A stretch of DNA of 64,000 nucleotides. Source: Dicyema japonicum (taxonomy: Eukaryota > Animalia > Dicyemida). Of the stretch, positions 48,040-59,505 are shown piece by piece. The notes under the pieces were generated by a model. The model ran no database searches. It worked only from the letters and a program-made list of their open reading frames with translations, and was not told the origin of the DNA. The stretch covers positions 1 through 64,000 of the forward strand of contig RDEW01000041.1 of NCBI GenBank assembly GCA_011109175.1. Direction: 5' to 3'. Position 1 is the stretch's first letter, and each line of letters begins with the position of its first letter. Made by a program: the position numbers and the translations under genes.

Positions 48040-50100
48040 TACAATACAGTAAACCAGATATTATTATTGAATTTTCTATGTAAGAACGCAATCTGGAAGG
48101 ATTATTCAACTTCACAGACATAATGCTACAAAACCTCGACACCAAATTAATCAATTTTATTGATGGAGCTGTGAAATACCTGAATAACCTGATTTTATTG
48201 AAAAGAAAACTATTTATCCCAAAATGCTCCTTCAGGCGGTACAATGATAAACTAGATAAAGAAACTAGAGCCCTCATCAAAGAAAGGAATCAGCTTATAA
48301 AGAATCTTACACCTTTTACCGGGAGGAGAAGCCAAATCAAGAGCCTCAACGACGCAGTTGCACAGATGGTTAAAATCATCTCAAAGGAATGAATGGGAAA
48401 GAAGAATCAGAGGTCTTTTCAAGCATAAATCTACCCATTACATGTGAAAGACCATTAAAAAGCTCGGACCATATAAAAACCCAATAACACTGATCAACCA
48501 AATGTTCAAGAACTAAACAACCTAATGAAGTTTTATGTCGGAATCAGCCACAAGCAATTCCTGAAAACCAGCCTTCCTTTACGTCCACGAAGCCAAAAAG
48601 GTCTTCTTCATTATATTGCTTATCACACTTCGATATTTGGAATGAAATCAAAAATACAAAATCTTCCGTCTCCTGCGGTCCTGATCTGATTCCGGCTATT
48701 CTGCTCAAACATCTCGGCCCAATTGGAATAGAAGCGCTCCGGAACATCTTTAACTTTTCAATAAACCATAACCAAATTCCAGACATTTGGAAAGTCCAAC
48801 ATACCCCCAATTCTCAAGCGGGGAAAGCCGAGGAACGACCCTTTCGTACAGACCCATTGCACTATTATGCTCATCCTCTAAGCTCCTGGAAAAACTCGTT
48901 CTACACATCATTTATCCCGCCCTTCCCCTTGCACATCTCCAACATGGTTTCAGGAGAGACCGATCTACATCAACACACCTCACCTCATTGAACCAGCTCA
49001 TTATTGAAGGCTTTTCTACAAAACCACATCTAAAATCGGTTTTATGCTGTCTCAACCTACAAAAGGCCTTCGATTCTGTATCCAGAAAAATCCTCACTCA
49101 AAAAATATTTAGACTATCCATCAACTCGAACATAAAATTATGGCTTTCAAATTTTCAGCAAGGAGAGGGCCTGTATGCTTGGATGAATTCGATCAGCTCA
49201 AGATTACTTTCAAATGGAGTTCCCCAAGCCTCCCCCTGTCTCCTGCCATATTCAACTTATACCTTTCCGACATTCCCAACCCAGTTATGGAAGAGTCGAA
49301 AATTCTCACCTATGCTGATGACCTACTCATTATTTCACGTGATAAAGACCTCACGAATGCTTCAAAAAAGTACAAGAAGTCTTGCTTTAAATTCAAACTT
49401 GGCTACATCAAAACCGGATGAACATATCTCCCGAAAAATTTTCCACCACTCTATTTACCTGGATAAAAGGCTCGGAAGATGTACTGTGGATCTATTCCTG
49501 GACAACGAAAAATTTCTTTTACGAAGAACCCTAAAATTCTGGGGGTCACTTTTGATACCACATGTGTTTTTCTGCCCATATTGAGAAGACCATTGAACTT
49601 GTCAGAGGAAACTTGGTTTAATCAAAGCCATATTTGGTGGAATAAAAAAGCCATTCCTGCTCTCGGTATTCTCAATAAGCAATTCATCGAGCCGACTATC
49701 AGTTATGCCTGTGCAGCATGGGGAATTAATCTCTCGTGGACCAACCGTCTTAAAGTTGATAACACCCTATGTCGAGCGGCGACTACCATAATGCACGTCG
49801 CAAAGCTGAACAACATTCCACCCAGTCCCTTTGACCACCTTATTGAGCAAGACAGCAAGAGCTTCTTGACGTTAACCCTCCAGCAAGACCTGTCGTCGAC
49901 AGTCCGTCCTATATCAAGTTTCCAGAAGCACATCACCCCAGTTAGCCTTCTCACGAACACTGTCCCCCGCCCATACTGTGAATGTGTTGGGTCAAAAGTC
50001 CAGCATCGGGAGATGTTGAGAAAGCTCTTTAGGATTGTCGGGATCACCTAATTAATTTCAACGAGATTAACTATTGGTGTTTTTGGGATAAATAATAATA
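48040..50100 (+). mobile_element. GIT-stop LINE, 5'-truncated RT-containing copy
   Basis: SYRPIALL, QHGFR, QKAFDSV, GVPQ, TYADD and SYACAAW, ending RIVGIT-stop. Confidence 0.9.
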
Positions 50101-50169
50101 AAAAATGTGCATCACCTTGTGGTTTTTTTAACTTTGAACAACTTTATTAGCAAGTAAAAATAAAAAAGG

Positions 50170-53100
50170 GAGTTATTTGGCCTCATGCCGCAAGTCCTAC
50201 GAACACTTGGACTCTTCTTTGCGCACTCAGACTCCTCTTATCGTTCATTCTGTGCTAAAACATACGATTCAATGATGGCATCTTTTTTTAAGTAGTTTTC
50301 CATCCTCTTTTCTGCTGCATCTTTTATCGACATTACTGGCAAATTTTCATCTTCATCTAGCTTCTCGTCGATCCTTTTGTGTAGGGCAATCTTGATCCCT
50401 GCTCTCCTCGATTTTTCAAGAAGCAAGATAAAACGCTCTTTGTATGCAGTCTAATACCATCCTCCTAGTTTATAAAGAAGTGATGGAATAATCGTAAGTG
50501 AAAAAATAAATAAATATCTGTTTCGAGTCTCAATTTCCTCATACACAATATCGCATAATGGGCTTTCTTCCTTTTGAGTTTAAAATGGCACAATGTGCTA
50601 CCAGATTTCTCAATAACTGTTCCGAGATCCTTCAGGGAGCTCACAATGTTGATTCCGCATATGGAGTCTTTCTGATTTCCTTTACCATTCCGACCGAAAA
50701 ACATTATTGCACTAGAATTTTCTTCTGACAGTTTTAACACATGAAGACGCAACAGTCATTTATCTCTCCTATGTACACATTGAGTCTCCTCTCTGAGATC
50801 ATGCTCGATCTCGACACATCAGAAAGTAGCACGTCGTCTGCGTATATCAGAGATCTCGTACTTGGTGTAGACGGAGACGGGAAACCAGCCATTAGAACAT
50901 TAAACAATAGAGGGCTCAAAATTGATCCTTGTGGGACTCCTCTCTTCAATAATATCATATTTGAAAAATATAACATAGGATTTTCTTCTTTTAGGTATAC
51001 TTTCACCCAATTCACTAGTTCCTTTGGTCTTCCTGTGATGTAGGAAGAAGTTACAAATGAAACAACTGTGTTGCTCTACATCGATCAGAGACAACTACCA
51101 AATGTCAATTACGAGATTCCTCCGAAACCTGGATGCCGTACTTCCTCCAGGAGACACCTGGGCGGAGACAATGAAAGGGATCCTTTCGGCAGCAAATGGG
51201 AGTATTGGAACCTGATCCCCAACACTGATTAAAAATTGTATACATCCAGATGTCCCCGCCCTCGTTAAAGAACAAAGGGAACTAAGATTACAACTGGAAA
51301 ATACGTCTGATCCGGACAGGAAACAAATCTTGAAGTCTAGAAGAACATTTACAGAGAAAACCATAAAGATTCTGAATAAGAAGCACGCCACTAACCTACT
51401 GATCTATGGGCTGCGGAAGTTGAACAGTTCAAAGACTCATCAAAAATGTTCATTGCAATCCGCCTGCTCAACAGAAGAGAACAAACGAAAAAACTCAAAC
51501 TCCATGACGGAATGGAAGGTTCTTAACAAATTCCAAAGGTCAGGCTGAATATATTGCGTCGTATTTCGAGGAAATATTAACTGTCCACGGAGAAATATCG
51601 ATCATAGTTGTGGATACCCCACCCAACTCGATAAAGCCATCATACCTGTCGAAATCTCAAATGCAATGGTCAAGCTTAAGAATGGCCACTCCCTGGAACG
51701 AATAGAATCAATTCAGAACTTCTCAAATACAGGCCACCTGCACTAACAGACAAACTGGCTGAACTACTCAACTCTATGTTTATAAAAAAAGAATACCCCG
51801 CTCTTGGATCCGGACTACTAATACCAATACAAAAACCTAACAAGCATGCTGGGCCTATTGAAAACCTATGTTCAATAATCCTGCTTAACACCTTACGGAA
51901 GCTTCTGGTATTAGTTACGTTGAACCGAATCAGAGAACAAGTGGACAACTATCTATCCCTTAGTCACAGTGGATTCACGACAGGAAGATCCACTGCGGAT
52001 GTAGTATGGAGCCGCTGTGGTCTATTTTTCTGGATACTGGAACAATTCTTGGACCCTGATTCTGTCAGTATGATCAGAGTGTTGCTATCTAACACGTAGC
52101 TCAGAGTACGTGTCAGTAAGACGTTTTCCCGTGAATTTACGTGCAATGTTATTCACCAGGGAGATTCCTTCTCGCCCCTGCTATTTGTCATGTCTGGAGA
52201 CGGCATTACGAGATCTTCAGAAGTTCTATGATGGCAACATCGTCGAATTTGCTCACACGGACGACGTCAACTTTGTGTCAGAAGACAAATCGGTTTTATC
52301 TCGACTCCTCCTGAGCTGAACAGATAGTTCCTCGAAATGAACGCCGCAAAAACCGTGGAAATCAGGAGAATAAAAAGCAGATCAAGTGAAACATGGCGGA
52401 AAAACGTTAAGAGTGGATTGGCAAACGACGATCCTGCACATTACTTTGTTTGAGACTGTATGAAGCTTTGTCAATCCGATCCTAATATACAATTCATCGA
52501 CATGGGGGACGTCCAAAACGAACAACTTGGGCTAGACTCTTTCCACCGAAGACAACTTAGATCCTTGTTAGGACTGAACTGGCCATCAAGAATAAACAAG
52601 GAATCACTCTTGAAATTATTGATATGCGTTGAGGCTATTTGGACATATCTTAAGAATGGACTTGAGTGCTCCAGCCAACGTTACAATGGAAAAATACTCT
52701 ATGAGACAGGGACCGTGTTTTTCCGTGGACGCCGGTGTATTACACTCCATAAACACTTGACGGATATCTAACGCTTGTGAACAAAAGTCTAAGAAATGGA
52801 GACGATTTAGACGAGTTGAGGAAACTGTCTTACGATCGAGAAGGTTGGAAGAGGTTGGTTCGGAGCATTGTTTCAAATGCTTCACGAGTGAAATTGTAAC
52901 CATTATGATTTTACGCATGTTGGTTATAATAATAATTCATTCCTAGAGAGTATTTTCTTCCTTTTAGGTATACTTTCACCCAATTCACTAGTTCCTTTGG
53001 GCTCCCCGTCAGCGATAACTGATCGATTATGGCTCTGTGGTTAACACTTTCAAATGCTCTTGATATGTCGAGACATATGACATTCAGGAGACATTTGGAT

Positions 53101-53540
53101 TCTCTGGCTTTGCATAACTCGGAGTTGAGATGAAATAAGCAATCACCGCATGACCGTCCTGGCCGAAAACCAAATTGATCATTTCTGAAGTAATCTTTTT
53201 CCAGCTGATTTGTAAGCTTCCAGAAGACAATTTTTTCCATGATTTTTGAAATTGACCGAATCAGGCTGATCGGACGGTAGCTATCAGGATCATTCTTCGG
53301 TCTTCCTGTCTTAGCTACCATCCGTACAATAGTCTTCTTCCATTCGTGTGGAACATGACCAATTTTATGCATGCGTTGAATATATCTTTGAGAACTTTGA
53401 ATAAAATTTCTGGGCCTTCTTTGAACATCCTAGCTTTGATGAAATCACTGCCCGGAGCTTTATTCTTGACAGCTCTTATTACTATCTTCAGCTCTTCTAG
53501 AGAGATCTCATAAATGCTGTTTTCTCTGACAATGATTCGT
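50170..53540 (-). mobile_element. Jockey/I-like LINE RT split by an RTE insertion (pieces 50170-51030 and 52940-53540)
   Basis: KAPGSDFI, YRPISL and CLDISRAFESV on the right piece; GVPQGSILSPLLFN and IYADD on the left piece. Confidence 0.85.
51040..52936 (+). mobile_element. degenerate RTE-clade LINE
   Basis: Linker and RT pieces, DSFHRRQLRSLLGLNWP, YDREGWKRLV and a (TAA)n tail; homologous to 14600-15660. Confidence 0.85.
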
Positions 53541-53639
53541 AACAATTCTTCTCTGCGATGACATCATCGTTCACATCAAATATCTTTTTAAGCTGTGTCT
53601 CAAAAACTAAAAGTATTCTGGCAGTGATTTCATCAAAGT

Positions 53640-53853
53640 TAATTTTAACTAATTGTAGAACCAAGGAATGATCTTCACTTTTTTTTCTTTTTCTTGTGTG
53701 TGGGTTTTTTCTAGACAATCCAGTTTCGCAGTGAGTATCCACTGATGACGGCGTCACTCGTCAAACCCTTTTAGCATTGTAGATGCGTGAAACCTTCCAC
53801 CAGGTGAACAGCAGTGAAAATCGAACCGACAACTAACCACTATGCCACCCGGC
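53640..53853 (-). mobile_element. SINE family 1 copy with a deletion in the head
   Basis: A-box TGGCATAGTGG joined closely to GGTTCGATTT; the body matches 34015-34285. Confidence 0.85.
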
Positions 53854-54104
53854 TCATATCACTTTATAAACCAATATTGACATATCAGATAAATTGTTCC
53901 CAAGTCCATTTTCTATTAAAATTCTATTTCCATTAAAATTACAGTTATTTTTACTTCAATAAAATTTTTTACAATAATATTCAATAATTTCAAGACAGTT
54001 TTCTTCTCTGACCAGAATTATTTTTAGTAGATAGCCAATTTCAATAACATTTTCTGTTTTTATTGAAGAAAATTGACGCGTTTAAAATATTTTCTGATTT
54101 TTAG

Positions 54105-54175
54105 ACACGGTCCCCGAGGTAAGAATATTTCTTGATTATTAGGTTTTCCGCGGTTGAAGCAGCTTGCGATCATTT
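54105..54175 (-). mobile_element. tiny CRE fragment
   Basis: Matches 31315-31370 (CCCCGAGG.AAGAATATTTCTTGAT..TAGGTTTTCCGC). Confidence 0.7.
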
Positions 54176-54349
54176 CCAAAATTTTAGCTTATTTGCAAAA
54201 AACTATATTTTTAAAATTATATTGTTAATTGGGGCTCCTAAATTTCTGAGTCTGGAAGCTCAAGAATTTTTGGAAGCTCATAGAAGCATTCTTGCAATTA
54301 ATTTCAATGAGGACCCTATTAATTTCTTGTCATTCTAGGATCTTGCTTC

Positions 54350-54900
54350 CGCCCTACAAGCTGACCAACCAGACTGATTAACTTGGCCGTACCTAGGTCA
54401 GAACAATGGGGAGTATTTTCATTTTGGCTTTGTACATGATCTCTAATTCGCTCGCAAGAATATCATATTTATGAAGTATTTCCACTTCAACAGCCTTAAG
54501 ATTATCCATTGATGTTACTCCAACTTTAACCAACCATATTTGGTTCATTTTCGTATCATACAAGAAAATGTCAGGTTTGTTATACTGGACTTTGGACTCC
54601 GTTATCAACTCGGATCTCAGCATACTGGTTTTTAATTATGCTTTGAATAGAATGAGACTTCGATTTTTTTGATTTTTTTAAATCCGAATTTCCTGGATAA
54701 GTGCATGTGAATGCATTTGACTATTTGATTGCGTCGTCTTGTATAGTCAGAGTTTAGCATCCTGTTACACCTCGTGGCTATGTGACCGACCATTTTTTAG
54801 GTATTGCAATGTGAGCAGTTTAGACCAAGATCCCGGAAAAAGATATTTTTATCTTGCAAAAGAAAGAACATTGCTTCAGCCTTTGGAGAATATTTCCCTT
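54350..54900 (-). mobile_element. R4/NeSL-like non-LTR C-terminus (CCHC and RLE)
   Basis: CSHCNT..GHIATRC..YTRRRNQIVKCIH, then YNKPDI..HKYDILASEL..ILPIV. Confidence 0.8.
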
Positions 54901-55899
54901 CGTAATCCACGTAGACGATGAAATAAAAAATTATTTTGTCGATTTATAAATTTTACGACAGTTATATTATTCACTTTTAGATGCCATTTTTGAAATTTTA
55001 GTTGCCATAAAAAATTGCCCTAGTAATAAGCTTCTAGACGGTCGGAAGCAACTTTCGATAAAAATTCCATAAGAATCTTATTGCAAATCTGCTTCTGACA
55101 TTTTCACCTCTGAGAGTTTTTGCTCCTTTCAGTTGACCAGCTTGGTGTTATTATCAATTAAATCTTTTCAGAGTCAAGACCACCAATAACTCTACAAGAT
55201 TTGTGGGAGTGTCCAACACTGGCTCAGTTCTATATGACGATTGGTACTTGATCTGTCAACTAATCGGAATTTGCTTCGTTCGACCACCAATCGTGAGGAA
55301 TACACCTTGTCTTCCCTAGATGAATTAGTTATTCTTAACAATCCACATAAGGACAGTTCCACTTTTTCAGGTTTACTCTCTTTAACAAGGTATATCTCAT
55401 GAATATTCGTTATTTTTCAGACATTTCTGCGTGACCAGATTTTCTGAAAGGTTCATAATTATTAGAAAACGGATTTGTTGATTTAAAAAATACGCATAGG
55501 ATCGATTATCTGATTTCACAATGAAATGTTTCTTCAACAATGTTGGAAGTGCTACCTCAAGTGGATAGGTTATATTTCCAAAATCAACTTGCAAGAGGTT
55601 TAATCAGAAACAGCGTGGAAAACCTATCTCCAATATAAAAAGGATGATTGTATAATTTCGAAATTATTGTCGACTGAAATCTTATGGTTTTAACCCAAGT
55701 TCATTCACTTCTATAGATGAGCCTGTAGATTACTTAAGCGACGTTTTATTATCGACTGAGTTGGTCTGTGCTTCGGACAACCTATAAGTCCTTAAACCAT
55801 TTATTTACTGAGAAATCCATCATCATTATTACCCCCAGGATCACTGAGTCAAAGAGAAAAAAGTAAAACTAGATAAGAGAAACCCATCATAGGAAGGAG

Positions 55900-56500
55900 A
55901 CTAATTCAAAATAATAGCTTACTATAGTTCTAAGCTAACAGATATCTCTAAAGAACTTGATAGTTTATGGCATGAAGCGTTGTTGAAGCGGCTTGTATGT
56001 GTTCCATTATTCCTATTTGTTTGGCTGAGATATTCCGAGGAATATTAATACAAGTCGTCTTATTTATGCGGATGACGTAATCGTTACGGACACATCCCTA
56101 AAATTTTCCAAATCTGAAAGAAGAATCAGTGATTATGTGGACCAAATTGAGCAATGGTGCAGCATGAGGAGATTAAAGCTTTACTGAATAATCCCGTGCA
56201 CTCAGAATAAACCGGGAAAAATCATCTGAAACAGAAGATTGTATCGACGGTTTCAAAAGGAAATCAAAGATCCAGGACACATACATAAGACTGAGAGAAC
56301 CTTTATGAGAAAATAAATAAAGGAGGGAGGGTTCAGTTGTGGAGTCAAAGCATTATAACTCAGATGTAGTACCCCTCCAAATAGCACCTGACTCTTTCAT
56401 TAATAAATAGTTATTATCGCTAAAGAAGACCTTGGAGAGCATGATTTTCTTATGTAGACAACGAACCACTCCTTGGGAACACAATTTTCAAGTCAGCAAA
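55900..56500 (+). mobile_element. LINE RT fragment
   Basis: IYADDVIV..VDQIEQWCSMRRLKL; related to 29330-30290. Confidence 0.55.
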
Positions 56501-56999
56501 TTGATTGAAGATATCTATTGCCAATCTGATTTGTATGAAATCCTTCCCATTCCTTTTGACCCACCCGCATTTGGATAAGACACAAGCATGTAACATTCGA
56601 AACTATAAGCTGACAATCCTAATAGATGGTGGACGAAGCTTTGAGTTTATTGAGTCTAATCAAATGAGAAGAGTTAGTCTTGTAAGTAGACATTTGTTTA
56701 CTATTGACTTTTAGTTTGAATAACTTCCACATAGGAGTAATTACTAATTATGATTCCGTGCTTAATAAATTAATCACCGACGTAATTAACGTGACCCCTC
56801 ACAATAGCAACTGAATCAACTGGGTTTCTGAGTGTAGTCAAACGTCCCAGTCTCTTGAGAAAAAACAAATAAGTCCTACTTATACCTCCAGTTAGTTAGT
56901 TAAAGCATATCCTTGATACCAGTAAAACTGTTTATGGTTTCGCTCTTCGACTATCCTTTCCGTTAGCCTTCTCCATCCCTTTCGTTTCGTGCTCGTCTC

Positions 57000-57990
57000 C
57001 TGATTTTGTCCAGATAGTCTGCATCCATCAGTCGGCTTCCGATCACACATAATCCTCAGCAAGTGTCCTGGGAAGACAACTTCTTGGACGTCTTCTGAAT
57101 GTAGACGATTCAGTATGGCCAGAAAATTCTTTCATAGCGGGATTGCATGGTGTTTCTTCATCCATCCGTAGATTATGTCCAAAAAGGTGCCAGGGGGCTT
57201 CAAGTACGTTCAGACTTATTGGTCCACAATCGGTCAGTCTGTATAATTTAGTGTCTGAGATTTTCTTTGACCAAGAATATCCAATGAGTTTTCTCAGTTG
57301 ACCTCTGTGCAACGAGTCGAGTTGTTCCACGTCTTTCTTTGATGTTCCCCAAGTATCTGCGTTGTACATGAGGACTGGTCGGACAAATCCATTATATGAG
57401 CGTAATCGCATCTTAGTAGGAATTTGATTCTTTCTCATCAAAATGGATTGTAATTTTTAAGTGATTTAGTGGCCAATATCTTTCGTTCTGTGATATCTTC
57501 TGAATCGCCAAGCAACGATCAGAGTTTTCGGGTGTTCTTACACTTCTCAACCCTGGTTGGCTTTCTTTCAATAGTGGTTATTTCATTTTTGTCTTCATTG
57601 ACTTGGAGGGACCATTTACTCAAATTTTTTTTCGCTTTCTCCATAATAACGTCTATAAATTTCCGATCTTCAACGACGAAATCGACATCATCCGCGTAAA
57701 TGAGTTCCATTTGTTCTCTTAGATCTTTCAAAGCTGCCTCCAGATAGATGATAAATAATACAGGAGATAGAGTTTCCCCTTGTGGGGTTCCACATTGGTA
57801 GAAAAGTCTAAACTCCTTAGTGCCAATTCTACGAGTAGTTTAGTTTCAGAGAATCGCATATGTATCATGGGCTATCTTCATCGACAACGTCTTTCAACAC
57901 GGTAAGTAGTTTACTCCTGTTAATGCTGTCAATTTTTCCGTTTCACGATGTTATTTATCAGTTCCTCTGTAGCTAGTCTTCGATGTTTAA
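57000..57990 (-). mobile_element. RTE-clade RT and C-terminus
   Basis: ELIYADDVDF, FVRPVLMYNADTWG, LDSLHRGQLR and WHLFGH. Confidence 0.85.
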
Positions 57991-58139
57991 TGTTAGCTGG
58001 ATTGTTCCAGCCAATGTTGCCAAATAGTTTCCATATCCTAGTCACCGTTATCCTGTGATCACTATTTGTTACAGCTCCTCCAGATGAGCACGAGTCCACG
58101 AGCAAGTTTTTATGTGCATTCTAATAATTATTATTATCT

Positions 58140-59010
58140 AACCCCGAAAAAGGGAACACCAAAGGATTTAAACTATGTAATTAAGTGATCCTGGTGACCT
58201 CAACAGGATCGAGAGCTTTTTTGTGCCTTCCATCTGAATCCACGACGTTCATCATTCATGAGAATTTGGAGAGGCGTCGGTTTCTTTTCCCAGTTTACGT
58301 GTATCGGCGGCTTCTATCTGTGATTGGCGATCGGATTCCGAACCTCAGAGAATGATGAAATGAAACCATTGTTCCGGATTGCCGCGTTGTCCAGTAATGG
58401 GGGAATAACTGAGCATCTAAATGTGTTATTCGGACCATTTTTGCTCTTAGGGAATTTATTTTGTAAAAATTTGAAATTGAAATTCCGTAACTCGAGGAAG
58501 CACAGGTATACCCACCGTCGGCTTTAAGAGTTGGAAATATAATACAGCAGGCATTCTTCGGGTCCTGAAGTTTAGATGACGTTGAGTATCCGGAAACCCT
58601 TTGGCAGAATGTAATCACATGTTGGAAAAAGAGAGCAAGGGGTCCAAGGTCATTCCCAGCAAATGGGCTAAAGAAGAGCTTCCTTTTCTGTAATCTGTAA
58701 CAGCATGGTTTATCACCAGTTATTGACCGACTATCGAATACGCTTCTCCCGCCTGGAGATTTGCCTCTTTTTTCCAAGAATTGCGAATATCAATTTACTC
58801 CGACGGAATACTCTGTGTCCTCTTCCTTAGTGCTAAAGGGCATTAATTTTTACTCTCCTTTCAGAAAGTTGACCAGAAACAACGATAGTGGTTACTTGCA
58901 TTTTGCAAATAACAGGGAATCCATTTTAGGAAAGGGTTATCCATGCAGAAGAATTACGATTCGTCTTGAAAAGAACACCCGTTCGAGTTCCTCTGCAGAA
59001 ATTTGAAACT
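58140..59010 (-). mobile_element. GIT-family LINE 3' remnant
   Basis: Ends EVTRIT-stop within CACCAGGATCACTTAATT; related to 46250-47025. Confidence 0.65.
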
Positions 59011-59149
59011 TCCGGAGAGATCGCTGATCGATTACTCAAGGAGAGTCTGTGAGTTACTAGAAACTGGAATCACTTTATTAGCTGGTTTCGACACTTTTCT
59101 TGGTAGTCTAAGAATTTTTTAAATAAAATAAATGCAATAAAAAAGCTAT

Positions 59150-59352
59150 CTTGAAAAGACGTTCAGAGTGACAAAGCAATGGATTTCTGGAAAGAAATAC
59201 TTATCACAAAGTCCACTAAAATCCCTGATTTACAACCGTGGGGTGCATCCGTATAACTATGATCACCCATTCTACTTCCAATACGTACTTTTTGAAGAAA
59301 GAACATCGGGCCAAGATGAGACCACTATTGCAAGGTGTCGGGATCACGTGAT
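59150..59352 (+). mobile_element. GIT-stop LINE C-terminal fragment
   Basis: KEHRAKMRPLLQGVGIT-stop, homologous to 6275. Confidence 0.7.
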
Positions 59353-59491
59353 TAGTTTTTTTTTGTAATTCTTCATTTTTATTATAAACTTAATCAAATT
59401 GAACCCAATATGCACGTAGCCCACTTTTGTCGTCCCCCTAAAATGAGAGAAGTAATTGATGGAGATATTAGTGAAGTTAAATCAAATAATA

Positions 59492-59505
59492 GTAACCATG
59501 GCAAC
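59492..59505. promoter_or_regulatory. RFX/DAF-19 X-box
   Basis: GTAACC-AT-GGCAAC fits GTNRCC(N0-3)RGYAAC and sits at the start of a ciliary gene. Confidence 0.75.

Noticed and set aside
55397-55594. Gypsy RNase H-like HFIVKSDN
   Set aside because: A single weak motif; the neighbouring candidate RT text is in the wrong order.
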